IMG/VR virus record: IMGVR_UViG_3300044628_000090
DNA length: 64,000 nucleotides
From: a virus
Direction: 5' to 3' (one strand)
The notes beneath the pieces were generated by a model. It searched no databases. It was not told the origin of the DNA and saw only the letters and a program-made list of their open reading frames with translations. The position numbers and the translations under genes were made by a program. Shown here piece after piece: positions 18,619-28,370 of the stretch. Position 1 is the stretch's first letter, and each line of letters opens with the position of its first letter.

Positions 18619-19242
18619 ATGACAGTCTTAGTAACATTAACTTTAGCAGGGACAGACGTAGGTCCCTTCAACCTTTATTCAAATGTAGATGGATATACTA
18701 CACCATTAGCAACAGGAATAACTAGAGCTGCATTATTGGCAGGGTACAGCCTTACAGGTGTTCCAGACACAGCTTCTGTTATCAGAGCACAATCTACAGG
18801 CACTTGTACAAATTTTCTTGATATGCTTTTAAGTGGTGCAACAACCACTACAACTAGTAGCACTTCTACAACAACCTCTACAACTACATCTGTTGTACCA
18901 TGTCTCACTGGTGACACAAGTGCTGTGGCATCTTGTTTAGGTGGAGAATCAGCGTTGTTCACAGTAAGTGCAGGAAATCTAGCATTAATCACTCCTGGTG
19001 GATACTTTAATGGTGGAAGTGGTACAAGAACATATGCATGTTACATTATGAATGCTGCTAATGATACAGTTTTATATACGTTCACTTACACTCAGACAAG
19101 CATGAGTCCAGGAACTTGGACATCAACATTACCTTCTAACATCTTATCTGCAGGTAGCTATCGTTTAAGAACAGACACTGTGAACTGTTTCACTAGTTCT
19201 GGTTCATTTAGTTTAAATGCTACATGTAGTGCACCTGATTAA
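18619..19242 (+). CDS. paralog 1 of a 'GPF(N/D)LYS' N-domain family with poly-Thr linker (fibre/decoration candidate)
   Basis: The N-terminal ~75 aa (LTLAGTDVGPFNLYSNVDGY...LLAGY...CTNFLDM) are shared with the ORFs at 27882 and 28371. A TTTTTSSTSTTTSTTTS linker follows. Confidence 0.45.
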   Translation: MTVLVTLTLAGTDVGPFNLYSNVDGYTTPLATGITRAALLAGYSLTGVPDTASVIRAQSTGTCTNFLDMLLSGATTTTTSSTSTTTSTTTSVVPCLTGDTSAVASCLGGESALFTVSAGNLALITPGGYFNGGSGTRTYACYIMNAANDTVLYTFTYTQTSMSPGTWTSTLPSNILSAGSYRLRTDTVNCFTSSGSFSLNATCSAPD

Positions 19243-19273
19243 AAACCTCTGTTTGTTGGTTTACAGAAGGTCT

Positions 19274-19305
19274 CCCCTAGGGTTTCTACCCTGGGGGTTT
19301 TTTGT
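19274..19305 (+). terminator. rho-independent terminator
   Basis: CCCCTAGGG-tttctac-CCCTGGGGG (9-bp stem with one G-U pair) followed by TTTTTTGTTT. A 110-nt AT-rich gap follows before the next gene. Confidence 0.7.
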
Positions 19306-19417
19306 TTAAACTCTAACTAAAAAAGTTATTCTATATAATTAAATTAGTTAACAAAATTTTGAAAATGTCAAAAATAATTCCTACCTTTACAGTAATTTTA
19401 ACTAAACTAAACTACAT

Positions 19418-20668
19418 ATGCCTGAAAATCAATCCTTGCTGCAACAGCTAGAAGAGATTCTACACTGGAAAAAAAGTAAAAAGTTCTATGCTGATAAGCT
19501 TGGAATTACAGAGTTTGAGGTGGATGAGCTATTAAAAGAATTAAGAAATCAAGAGAAGAGTGAAGAAGATGCTGAGATAGGGAACTATATTGCTGATCTA
19601 GAAAACAGGGTTATTAAGTTTACAGAAGATCTAGCTAAGGGTACAGGAGAGGTTGTAGCCAACTTTAGCGAAGAGGTTAAGAGTCTTGATGAGCTTATTG
19701 AGAAATGTAAGATAGATACAGAGAAGTGGGAGATAACCAAATATGTTCAAAACTTCTGGGGAAATGGAAACAATCCTCATTGGCAAGTCAAAGCATGGTT
19801 AGGGAAGAAGTCTACAGAGCAAGTTTTTCAAGATGTGTTTGTAGACTTTTTAGCTTCATATAAGCCTGTATCTCAAGAAGTTATGAGTCCTAAGGTTGAC
19901 TTTAACAAACCAAATGGTATGTTAGTTATCAACAAACAAGACTCTCACTTAAACAAATGGGACATAGATGGTAACAATAATGTAACAGATAGACTAGCTA
20001 ACATTATGTACAAGGTGGAACTGATAGCTAATCAAGCTCAGTTATCCAACAACTTACAGAACATAACTTACATAATAGGATCTGATGAGTTTAACAGTGA
20101 GTATACCAATGCCACTACAAAAGGAACTCCTCAACAGAACACACATACATATCATACATCTTTTGAATACATCTGTGGACATGAGGTTTTGATGATTACA
20201 ATGTTATTACAATATGCTCAAAATGTCAATGTGATCTATGTGGCAGGTAATCATGATGAGTTTGTAGGTTGGCACTTAGTTAACTGGTTACAAACCTACT
20301 TCAGAAATACAGAGAGATTAGCATTTGATGTATCTCCTAAGTATAGAAAGTATGTAAGCTATGGTGATTCAGCATTGATGTTTAACCATGGAGATGCTAT
20401 TAAACCAGCTAAGCTTGCAGCTTTATTCCCAATAGAGTTTAGAGAACATTGGTCTAGTCATAGCAAGTTCTACATTTTTACAGGAGACAAACACCATGAG
20501 GTGAGTCATGATTTCAATGGTATAAAGTTTTATCAAATTCCAGCATTTTCAAATGCTAAAAGTCTTTGGGACGACAAGATGGGTCACACAATGTCCAAGG
20601 CAGAAGTAACAGGATTTTTAATAGATGACTGTGATGGAATGACAAATATATTCAAACAGTATTTATAA
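19418..20668 (+). CDS. calcineurin-like metallophosphoesterase family protein (SbcD/Mre11-like or phosphatase-like)
   Basis: Motifs occur in canonical order: QDSHL (D-x-H), IIGSDEF (GD..D variant), YVAGNHDEF (GNHD/E), FNHGD, TGDKHHE (GH.H variant). The N-terminal ~100 aa form a charged coiled-coil region. Confidence 0.5.
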   Translation: MPENQSLLQQLEEILHWKKSKKFYADKLGITEFEVDELLKELRNQEKSEEDAEIGNYIADLENRVIKFTEDLAKGTGEVVANFSEEVKSLDELIEKCKIDTEKWEITKYVQNFWGNGNNPHWQVKAWLGKKSTEQVFQDVFVDFLASYKPVSQEVMSPKVDFNKPNGMLVINKQDSHLNKWDIDGNNNVTDRLANIMYKVELIANQAQLSNNLQNITYIIGSDEFNSEYTNATTKGTPQQNTHTYHTSFEYICGHEVLMITMLLQYAQNVNVIYVAGNHDEFVGWHLVNWLQTYFRNTERLAFDVSPKYRKYVSYGDSALMFNHGDAIKPAKLAALFPIEFREHWSSHSKFYIFTGDKHHEVSHDFNGIKFYQIPAFSNAKSLWDDKMGHTMSKAEVTGFLIDDCDGMTNIFKQYL

Positions 20669-21405
20669 TGGCAACATTAAGACAAATGGTTTCAGATGTA
20701 CGTTCAGTACATAAATTGCTCACTACAGATAATCTAATTACTGATAGAGTGGTTGCGTCTGAAATCAAGAACAACACATTTTTACTAATCAAGCGTGAGA
20801 CTAATCTCAGAAAGCTTTGGGCTACTGATACTGTATTCCAAACACTTCCTTGTTTGGAAATGGTAGAGGTACCTATTTCTGATTGTTGTGAATATGTGGA
20901 CCCTTGTCAAGTTGCAAGAAGCAAATATAAGCTTCCTCGTATCAGTGAAGGAAACTATCAATACTTAATCCAAGGTGTTTATTCTATCAACGCTATGGGT
21001 GGTAAAGGAAAAAGATTCAAAGAGATTACAATCAATAGATACTTAAATCTATTGAAGCTACCTATTATCAGAGCTGAACAATACTATTGGATAGCTAATG
21101 GTGGGTATTTATATATTAACAATCCTCACTTACAATCAGTTAGAATATCTGCATTCTTTGAAGAAGATGTTCCAAACAGTATTTTATATCCTGATGGTTG
21201 TAGTTGTGGAAACATTCCCACTGTAACTGATGAGGAATATTGTATTAATCCATTAGACAAAGAATTTGGATGCCCAGGATACTTAATAACACAAGTGTTA
21301 CAACTTACTTCTCAAAAACTATTATCGACATACTTTAGCATTAAAACAGACCAAACATTTGATGGCATTGATGGACAAGCTCCCAATGCAAAACCAACAA
21401 GCTAA
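20668..21405 (+). CDS. hypothetical protein
   Basis: A 245-aa ORF joined to its neighbours by TAATG overlaps at both ends. Confidence 0.4.
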   Translation: MATLRQMVSDVRSVHKLLTTDNLITDRVVASEIKNNTFLLIKRETNLRKLWATDTVFQTLPCLEMVEVPISDCCEYVDPCQVARSKYKLPRISEGNYQYLIQGVYSINAMGGKGKRFKEITINRYLNLLKLPIIRAEQYYWIANGGYLYINNPHLQSVRISAFFEEDVPNSILYPDGCSCGNIPTVTDEEYCINPLDKEFGCPGYLITQVLQLTSQKLLSTYFSIKTDQTFDGIDGQAPNAKPTS

Positions 21406-21881
21406 TGCGTACTAAGATAGACTGGAGAAGCTCTAGTAAAGAAAACTATAGTAACTTTTGTAAGAAACATCCCACCATAAAAATTACATTTGATGAGTGG
21501 CGAAACATTATATATTTATATAATGACAATTTTAAAAACTACATTCTAGAAACAGGAGAGAAAGCAAGACTTCCTTTTGGCTTTGGTGAGTTCTCTATTA
21601 ATAAAAAGAAGAGAAGAAAAACAAAGACAGTTGATGGAAAGGAGATAGTTAACCTACCAGTTGATTGGCAAAAGACAAAACAAAAAGGAAAGATTATCTA
21701 CAACTTCAACTTCCATACAGAAGGGTTCTTCTTTGGATGGATTTGGTTTAAAGAGTCTACTAGAATTCGTAATATAAATCTGTGGTATTTCAAACCTTCT
21801 CGTACCACTTCTAGATTGCTGTCACATTACATAAAAACAGATGATAAATACCAACACATTTATTGTGAATGGAAAAAATAA
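21405..21881 (+). CDS. basic hypothetical protein (possible nucleic-acid binding)
   Basis: A 158-aa product that is Lys/Arg-rich (KKKRRKTKT) and Trp-rich. No defined motif. Confidence 0.35.
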   Translation: MRTKIDWRSSSKENYSNFCKKHPTIKITFDEWRNIIYLYNDNFKNYILETGEKARLPFGFGEFSINKKKRRKTKTVDGKEIVNLPVDWQKTKQKGKIIYNFNFHTEGFFFGWIWFKESTRIRNINLWYFKPSRTTSRLLSHYIKTDDKYQHIYCEWKK

Positions 21882-21887
21882 AAGAAC

Positions 21888-22859
21888 ATGGCATACTACT
21901 ACAGATACAATTTTGTCTCACCTGAACCAATTTATTCAGTTGTTAAGGAAGAGTTAAAATCTTACTTTGACACAGGAGCAGTGGATGATTTGCTTTTCCC
22001 TACTTACTTAGACAAATGTCTACAGAAGTTGGGTAGGTCAAGTTATGTCATTGCTGAACAAACATTGGATATTTCTGGCTTTGAGGCTAGACTTCCTGAC
22101 AACTTCTTTGCTGTTAGGGAAGCTTGGATGTGTACAGAGATACCATCTAACTACCCATATCAAACAGCTAACTCGTTCTATTCTCAAGCTGCTTCTCAAA
22201 CAACAATACAAGTCTCTCCTATTATTAGTGGAACTGTACCATGTACAAATCCACAATGTACAACAGGATGCCCTACGTGTATGCCTGATATCATCCAAGC
22301 AGTATATAAAACCAATCAACAGATTGCTAGATCAATAAAGAGAGAATACTTATTAAAACCAGGTAATATATCTTGTCAAGGTAAGTGTGATGTAAGTTAT
22401 ACAGATGCTTGGGAATTCTACACACCTGCTCCTCCTATACATGAGTTCACTCCAGGATCAGCAGGATATGATAGCTTTGACATTAGAGATAATAAATTTG
22501 TCACCAACTTTGGTTGTGGTATAGTTCATATGATATTCTATGCTACAGACTATGATGCTATTGGTAATCAGTTAATTCCTGATAACTATCGTATTAGAGA
22601 GTTTGTAGAAGCGTTTATTAAATACAAAGTGTTTGAGACATTGGCTAATCAAATCAATGATGAAACTTTTAATCAAATACAACAGAAGCTAGCATATTAC
22701 AAACAGTTACATGATGAAGCATTCATTATGGCTTACACTGAAATTAAGAAGCAAGACGCATGGACTAAACAAAGAAGAGTAAGAAATGACTTACAACGCT
22801 TTGGACAATATGAATTACCAAATAGAAGCTCAAGATATGGCAGAGGATGGAATAGATAA
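21888..22859 (+). CDS. hypothetical Cys-containing structural protein
   Basis: A 323-aa product with the cluster CTNPQCTTGCPTCMPD. Its 3' end overlaps the start of the giant ORF by 74 nt. Confidence 0.4.
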   Translation: MAYYYRYNFVSPEPIYSVVKEELKSYFDTGAVDDLLFPTYLDKCLQKLGRSSYVIAEQTLDISGFEARLPDNFFAVREAWMCTEIPSNYPYQTANSFYSQAASQTTIQVSPIISGTVPCTNPQCTTGCPTCMPDIIQAVYKTNQQIARSIKREYLLKPGNISCQGKCDVSYTDAWEFYTPAPPIHEFTPGSAGYDSFDIRDNKFVTNFGCGIVHMIFYATDYDAIGNQLIPDNYRIREFVEAFIKYKVFETLANQINDETFNQIQQKLAYYKQLHDEAFIMAYTEIKKQDAWTKQRRVRNDLQRFGQYELPNRSSRYGRGWNR

Positions 22860-25800
22860 TCAAGGAACATCTAACGTAAGACAAGAATTTAATCTTGGCA
22901 GAGTTGGATTAGACATGGACTCTTCTGTAAATCAAATACAGAAGGGTAAGCTTTCTTATGCTCTAAACGCAGCATTAGAAAACTTTGACGCTAATTCTGT
23001 AAGCTATCAGAATGAGCCAAGTAATGAAGCTTGCTTAGAGTTTCCTGAAGGCTTTCAGCTTATTGGAACTCATTTCATACAAGAGAAAAACAAACACATA
23101 TTCTTCTTAGCTAATCCTCAAACAGGAGGAAGTGAGATAGGATATATGGATAACAATGATTGTGTATATCGCACACTTTGTACTCCTATTCCTGATACAG
23201 AGTTGATAGTTTGTGCTAACTCAGACTGTTTAAACTTTGATATAAACTATCCAATACACAAAGCTGTACATAAGATTACAAACTGTACCACTGAGATTTA
23301 TTGGACTGATGGATTGAATCCAAGAAGATATATTAACATTGAGCAAGTTCCATATGTTTTTTCATATGAAGGAGATAGCACTTGTGATCCAACTATTCTA
23401 GTAGTAGATGGACAAGGAGTTCTTGATTGTAATAAGTTAGATGTACAACCTAACTTTCAAATTCCTAATATAGAAGTTGCTGACATTGTTGTAGGAGGAG
23501 ATTTAAAAGCTGGTACTTATCAGTTTGCTATTCAGTATGGTAACTCTTCAGGAGATGCTTATACATCCTACTTCTCTATAACTAATCCTACATCTATTGC
23601 TAATACAGAAATAACAACTCCTGATTTTCAATATTCTGTAGGTGAATCTATTGTATTAAATATTACTAACTTAGATGTTACAGGATACTTCCAATACTTT
23701 AACTTAGCTGTTATAAAGACCATTAATAATGGTACCACTGTAGAATTAGTGGGAACATATAACATTGAAGAAAGGTCTACATCAATTACTTATACAGGAC
23801 AGAACACAACTCAGATTCCTTTGAGTCTTGCAGATGTTCTTGAAAAGTTTCCTTATTATGAAATTGCTCAAGATGTAACAAACGTACAAGATGTTATTGT
23901 TTGGGACAACTTAACTTCTATTGATAGAATCAACTATCAAAGCGTTGCTAATCAAATACAACTTCAATGGGAGACATACAAACTACCAGCTGGTAATACT
24001 TATGCTGATGGTTTTTATACTTCCAACTTAAGAGGATATTTAAGAGATGAGGTCTATGCATTTGAAATTGTATTCTTATTAACCAATGGTAAGCAAACAG
24101 ATGGTTTTCATATTCCTGGTAGATCACCAATTTTTAATGATTTAACTCCTATTTATGAAACTGGTCCTAATGCAACTCCTGACTTCATAGGTACTGCTAC
24201 TAATATTGAACCTGTTACACTTTATAAATATAGTCCTAATTGGAAAATATATAACACAGCTAGTGTATCTACAACGTATCCTGTTCCTACAGACAATACT
24301 AGGAAGATAGGAGATGCCTATCCTTATCAATCTGGAGACTTTGCATATTGGGAGTCTACTGAGGAGTATCCATGTAACGTAGACGTATGGGGAGACTTAG
24401 CTGGTAAACCAATTAGACACCATAAGTTTCCTGATGTTCTTGTAAGTCCTTACTTTGAGAGCCCCACCATTATATATACTGGAGGTCAAATAGAACCTGT
24501 AATGCAAGTTGCTAATGCTATCTATCCAATAGGTGTAAAGATAGATGTACAACAAGTGACTTTTGCTATTCAAAATTCTAGTTTAACAAATGAAGAGAAG
24601 GCATCTATTGCTGGATTTAAAATAGTAAGGGGTAATAGAAGCACAAACAAATCTATTATTGCTAAAGGTATTCTTAGAAATGTAGGTAAATACACTAGAG
24701 AAGATCCTAGTGATCCTAATGCTACATACTACTACTATCCTAACTATCCATATAATGACTTAAGTGAAGATCCATTCTTGCTTGAGAGAAACAATGCATA
24801 CAACTCTCAATGTGATACGTTCTCTATATCAGTGACAACTCCTGGTATCTTACAATACACAAACTGTTATACAGGAGAAGCAGATACACAAGCATTTGAT
24901 AGTAGCACCACTGAAATATGTTCTATTACACTTCCTGTTGTAAATAGTCCAGGAGCAGCTACGTTTACAAATATTACAACTACTACTTATACAATTACAA
25001 ATAATTCACCTGTTTTCTCTGTTACATTTAATTATACAGATCCAGTTACAGGAGCATTACAAACTATAATAATAGATGGTTTTGCATTAGGTATAAACAC
25101 TAAAACATTTAATTCTATCACTGTACCTGTGCGTACAGGAGGATCAACTAATTATAAAATAGTAGCTAGCAACACAAGTGAAAACTTAAATTGTTATCCT
25201 AATAAATTAGATGGATTTAATAATCCTGAGTCTGCTTACAGACAAGTATTTAATTCTCCAGAAACATCTTTTGGACAACCTACACTAGGTAATGTTCTTA
25301 AGTTAGAGAGTGTATTATTTGGTGGAGGAAGAGCTCATTTTGTTGAAGTGCAGAAACATGCTATGTATAAGCTTATCACTGAACAAACACAAGTTGATGC
25401 TTTGAACTCTAGTAAGAGAATAGCTGATCTTGGAGGATTTAGTGCTACAGCATTCTTCACAGCATATCAGACTTACTTACAGATTTATATTAATGGTATT
25501 AGTAGACAAAACTTTGCATATTCATTTAACTCTATATCTAGTTATGACTATAGTGCAGATGTTCCTAATAATCAAAAAATTAAACAAAGACAACTTGATC
25601 TAGCTCAATACGTATTCCCAGGTGTGCAGAACGTAGGTGATAATTATGATCTTAATAACTGGAATAGAGAGTCTTCAGTTTATGTTAAAACTATTGATGT
25701 TAGAAATGGAATACCTGTATCACCTTTACCATATCCTAATGATACTCCTTCTCTTGTTATAGCAGGTGTAAGTCAAATTAGTGACAATTCAAGATTTACA

Positions 25801-27870
25801 ATTTCAGAAGCAGAAAACTGTGCTAGTCCTGAAGCTCAGAGAGATATCAAAGTAGTATCTTACTATGGTTCTATAAAGGTTATTAATAATGGTCAATATG
25901 GACAAATCTATTCATATCAAACTATTGACACAGGATTCCAAAGAATATTCAGTGCAATATCTGCTAATGATCCTGAAGTGATATTTGGTGGTGATACATA
26001 TATTGGTAAGTTTGGATTTAAAACAAAGCTTCCTTTCTTTATTGACAATAGAGTGAATGCTCCAGATGATTCTGATATATACTATGATGAGATAGGTAAT
26101 GTAGCTTACCCACAATATTGGTATTCAGCAAGATCTATCTTGTCTGATTTTACTGTAGGCTCTACTGTAATGAAGAACATAATCTCTACCAAAGCACATT
26201 ATTTTGATTGTCCTAATGATGATATTGTTGACAATGCTACAACAACTACATCAACTACACCTGCTCCAGGAACAGTAACAGCTGGTTCTTTAAATTATGT
26301 ATATAGTGGTAAGATGTATTTGTTTGCTTATGGTATTCCTTACTATTATGTAGAGAGTTCTATTAATGTAGACTTACGTCAAGCATTCAATAACTTAGAA
26401 GGTGACTTCTATCCACATGTAAGTTCAGGTATTCCTGATACTTGGTTCCAAGAAAGTAGAGTTCCTATTGCTCTTGATAATACTTATTATTACAATACAA
26501 CCTTCTCTAAGCAGAATGTAGAGAACTTCTTCTCTCACTTGCCTGCAGATTGGATACAGCAATTGTGTTATAAAAACTTCCCATTCAGAGCAATATACTC
26601 TGATAGACAAGAAAGCTATTCTGATAATAGAATAAATAGCTGGTTGATATATCGTCCAATAAGCTTCTTTGATTTCCCTCAAAACTATGGTAATCTTATA
26701 TCTTTAGATGGTATTCAGAACAGAGCTACATTAGCTAGATTTGAGAACAAGACATTGTTATATGGTAACATGTTAACATTGAATACAAGTAATCCTCAAG
26801 CAGCTTATTTAGGTAATCCTTCATTATTCAGCAGTGTTGAACCACCTCCTATAGATTATGCTGAGACAGATCTTGGATATGTTGGTTGTCAAAATAAGAT
26901 GTTGCTTAAGATACCTCAAGGGCAGATAACTATTGATGCTAAGAGATGTCAAGTATTTTTAATTCAAGGAACACAAGCAACTGATATTTCAGGATTTGGT
27001 TCTGGTCTTAATAGATTCTTTACAAATCATTTAGCATTTGAAATACTAAGATACTTCCCAACAGTTAACACAGATAATCATTTTAAGAATATTGGTATTC
27101 ATGGTGTGTATGATAGTGTATTTGAAAGAGTAATAATTACTAAGTTAGACTATGTTCCACAACCAGGTAAAGAGGTATTTTATGATGAGGTGGTTAAACA
27201 GTTTTATGTTGACCAACCAGTAGCTGGTGATCTTGTAGTTAAGAAATATATCGAGGTGACAGATCTTGAATACTTCTGTAACAAATCATGGACTGTTTCA
27301 TTTAACTTCAATACAAAGAGTTGGGTGAGTTTTCACACATATCTTCCTAACTTCTATATAGGAGAAAACAGTTTCTTCTATTCTGGATTAAATGAAGGTT
27401 GTGATGTCACAGCAGTGGCAGTTGTACCAATACCTTCTCCAACCACAACAACTACAACAACAATAATTATATATTGTAACCTAACTGGTACAGCAGTAGT
27501 AACAGGATATCCTTGTCTTTTAGAAGGAACAGCTACAGAACAAACTACTACCACAACTACTACTACTACTCCTCCAAATTGTACTTTAACAGCAGGTAGT
27601 GTTCAAGTGAGTTATTTATTGTATTCTGAAGATAGATTTCATTTTAGCAACAGTATTCTTGGAACATGTATTGCTGTAGCAAGTCCTGCTTACTATGAAC
27701 CAGGAGCATTACTTTTTGATCCTGTAGTAAAAATATTCCAAGATCCACAAGGTTTAGTTCCTTTTCCATATACTTATGTAACTGACACACTATTTTCACC
27801 TCCTACAGCTATATATAACTATAATAGCACCACAGGAGTTGTAGGATCATATGTAAGTTCATGTTTATAA
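22786..27870 (+). CDS. giant virion protein (1694 aa; tail/baseplate or ejected-cargo candidate)
   Basis: A long uninterrupted ORF with consistent codon usage and poly-Thr linkers (TTTTSTTPAPG, TTTTTTTTII, TTTTTTTTTTPP). An internal ATG at ~22838 is an alternative start. Confidence 0.5.
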   Translation: MTYNALDNMNYQIEAQDMAEDGIDNQGTSNVRQEFNLGRVGLDMDSSVNQIQKGKLSYALNAALENFDANSVSYQNEPSNEACLEFPEGFQLIGTHFIQEKNKHIFFLANPQTGGSEIGYMDNNDCVYRTLCTPIPDTELIVCANSDCLNFDINYPIHKAVHKITNCTTEIYWTDGLNPRRYINIEQVPYVFSYEGDSTCDPTILVVDGQGVLDCNKLDVQPNFQIPNIEVADIVVGGDLKAGTYQFAIQYGNSSGDAYTSYFSITNPTSIANTEITTPDFQYSVGESIVLNITNLDVTGYFQYFNLAVIKTINNGTTVELVGTYNIEERSTSITYTGQNTTQIPLSLADVLEKFPYYEIAQDVTNVQDVIVWDNLTSIDRINYQSVANQIQLQWETYKLPAGNTYADGFYTSNLRGYLRDEVYAFEIVFLLTNGKQTDGFHIPGRSPIFNDLTPIYETGPNATPDFIGTATNIEPVTLYKYSPNWKIYNTASVSTTYPVPTDNTRKIGDAYPYQSGDFAYWESTEEYPCNVDVWGDLAGKPIRHHKFPDVLVSPYFESPTIIYTGGQIEPVMQVANAIYPIGVKIDVQQVTFAIQNSSLTNEEKASIAGFKIVRGNRSTNKSIIAKGILRNVGKYTREDPSDPNATYYYYPNYPYNDLSEDPFLLERNNAYNSQCDTFSISVTTPGILQYTNCYTGEADTQAFDSSTTEICSITLPVVNSPGAATFTNITTTTYTITNNSPVFSVTFNYTDPVTGALQTIIIDGFALGINTKTFNSITVPVRTGGSTNYKIVASNTSENLNCYPNKLDGFNNPESAYRQVFNSPETSFGQPTLGNVLKLESVLFGGGRAHFVEVQKHAMYKLITEQTQVDALNSSKRIADLGGFSATAFFTAYQTYLQIYINGISRQNFAYSFNSISSYDYSADVPNNQKIKQRQLDLAQYVFPGVQNVGDNYDLNNWNRESSVYVKTIDVRNGIPVSPLPYPNDTPSLVIAGVSQISDNSRFTISEAENCASPEAQRDIKVVSYYGSIKVINNGQYGQIYSYQTIDTGFQRIFSAISANDPEVIFGGDTYIGKFGFKTKLPFFIDNRVNAPDDSDIYYDEIGNVAYPQYWYSARSILSDFTVGSTVMKNIISTKAHYFDCPNDDIVDNATTTTSTTPAPGTVTAGSLNYVYSGKMYLFAYGIPYYYVESSINVDLRQAFNNLEGDFYPHVSSGIPDTWFQESRVPIALDNTYYYNTTFSKQNVENFFSHLPADWIQQLCYKNFPFRAIYSDRQESYSDNRINSWLIYRPISFFDFPQNYGNLISLDGIQNRATLARFENKTLLYGNMLTLNTSNPQAAYLGNPSLFSSVEPPPIDYAETDLGYVGCQNKMLLKIPQGQITIDAKRCQVFLIQGTQATDISGFGSGLNRFFTNHLAFEILRYFPTVNTDNHFKNIGIHGVYDSVFERVIITKLDYVPQPGKEVFYDEVVKQFYVDQPVAGDLVVKKYIEVTDLEYFCNKSWTVSFNFNTKSWVSFHTYLPNFYIGENSFFYSGLNEGCDVTAVAVVPIPSPTTTTTTTIIIYCNLTGTAVVTGYPCLLEGTATEQTTTTTTTTTPPNCTLTAGSVQVSYLLYSEDRFHFSNSILGTCIAVASPAYYEPGALLFDPVVKIFQDPQGLVPFPYTYVTDTLFSPPTAIYNYNSTTGVVGSYVSSCL

Positions 27871-27881
27871 AATAAAATAAT

Positions 27882-28361
27882 ATGCCATTTTCAGTAATAA
27901 CATTAGCAGCAGCAGGGGCAGATACAGGACCTTTTGATTTATATTCAGATGATGATAGTTATGCTGTTGCATTTGAAACAGGGGTTAGTAAAGCTAATTT
28001 ATTGGCTGGATACTACACGTTTGTTCCTAATGCAGCTACTGTAGTTAGAGTTAAATCAGCTAGTGCATTGTGTACAAACTTTGTAGATATGGAAATAACT
28101 AGTACTACAACTACAACTACAACACCAGCTCCAATATATAATTACTATACATTTACACCTTGTAATGGTGGTGCAGGAACTGATTATAGAAGCATATTAT
28201 CATTAGCATTAAACGATGTATACGCATTCCAAGAATCTCCTCCTGACAGAGCTTGTTATACAATTACAGATATAACAGCAGCACCTAATACAAATGATTT
28301 ACCTACACTATATGGACCTAAAGCTGGAGGATGTTTAGATGGTGATTGTATACAATTATAA
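27882..28361 (+). CDS. paralog 2 of the GPFDLYS N-domain family
   Basis: ITLAAAGADTGPFDLYSDDDSY...LLAGYY...CTNFVDM followed by a TSTTTTTTTPAP linker. Aligns with the ORFs at 18619 and 28371. Confidence 0.45.
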   Translation: MPFSVITLAAAGADTGPFDLYSDDDSYAVAFETGVSKANLLAGYYTFVPNAATVVRVKSASALCTNFVDMEITSTTTTTTTPAPIYNYYTFTPCNGGAGTDYRSILSLALNDVYAFQESPPDRACYTITDITAAPNTNDLPTLYGPKAGGCLDGDCIQL

Positions 28362-28370
28362 TTAAAAAAG

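Noticed and set aside
22786-22859. Programmed ribosomal frameshift fusing ORF 21888 with the 1694-aa ORF (74-nt overlap in different frames)
   Set aside because: No slippery heptamer (X XXY YYZ) or downstream pseudoknot is evident in the overlap. An internal ATG (~22838) in the downstream ORF gives an ordinary short overlap.
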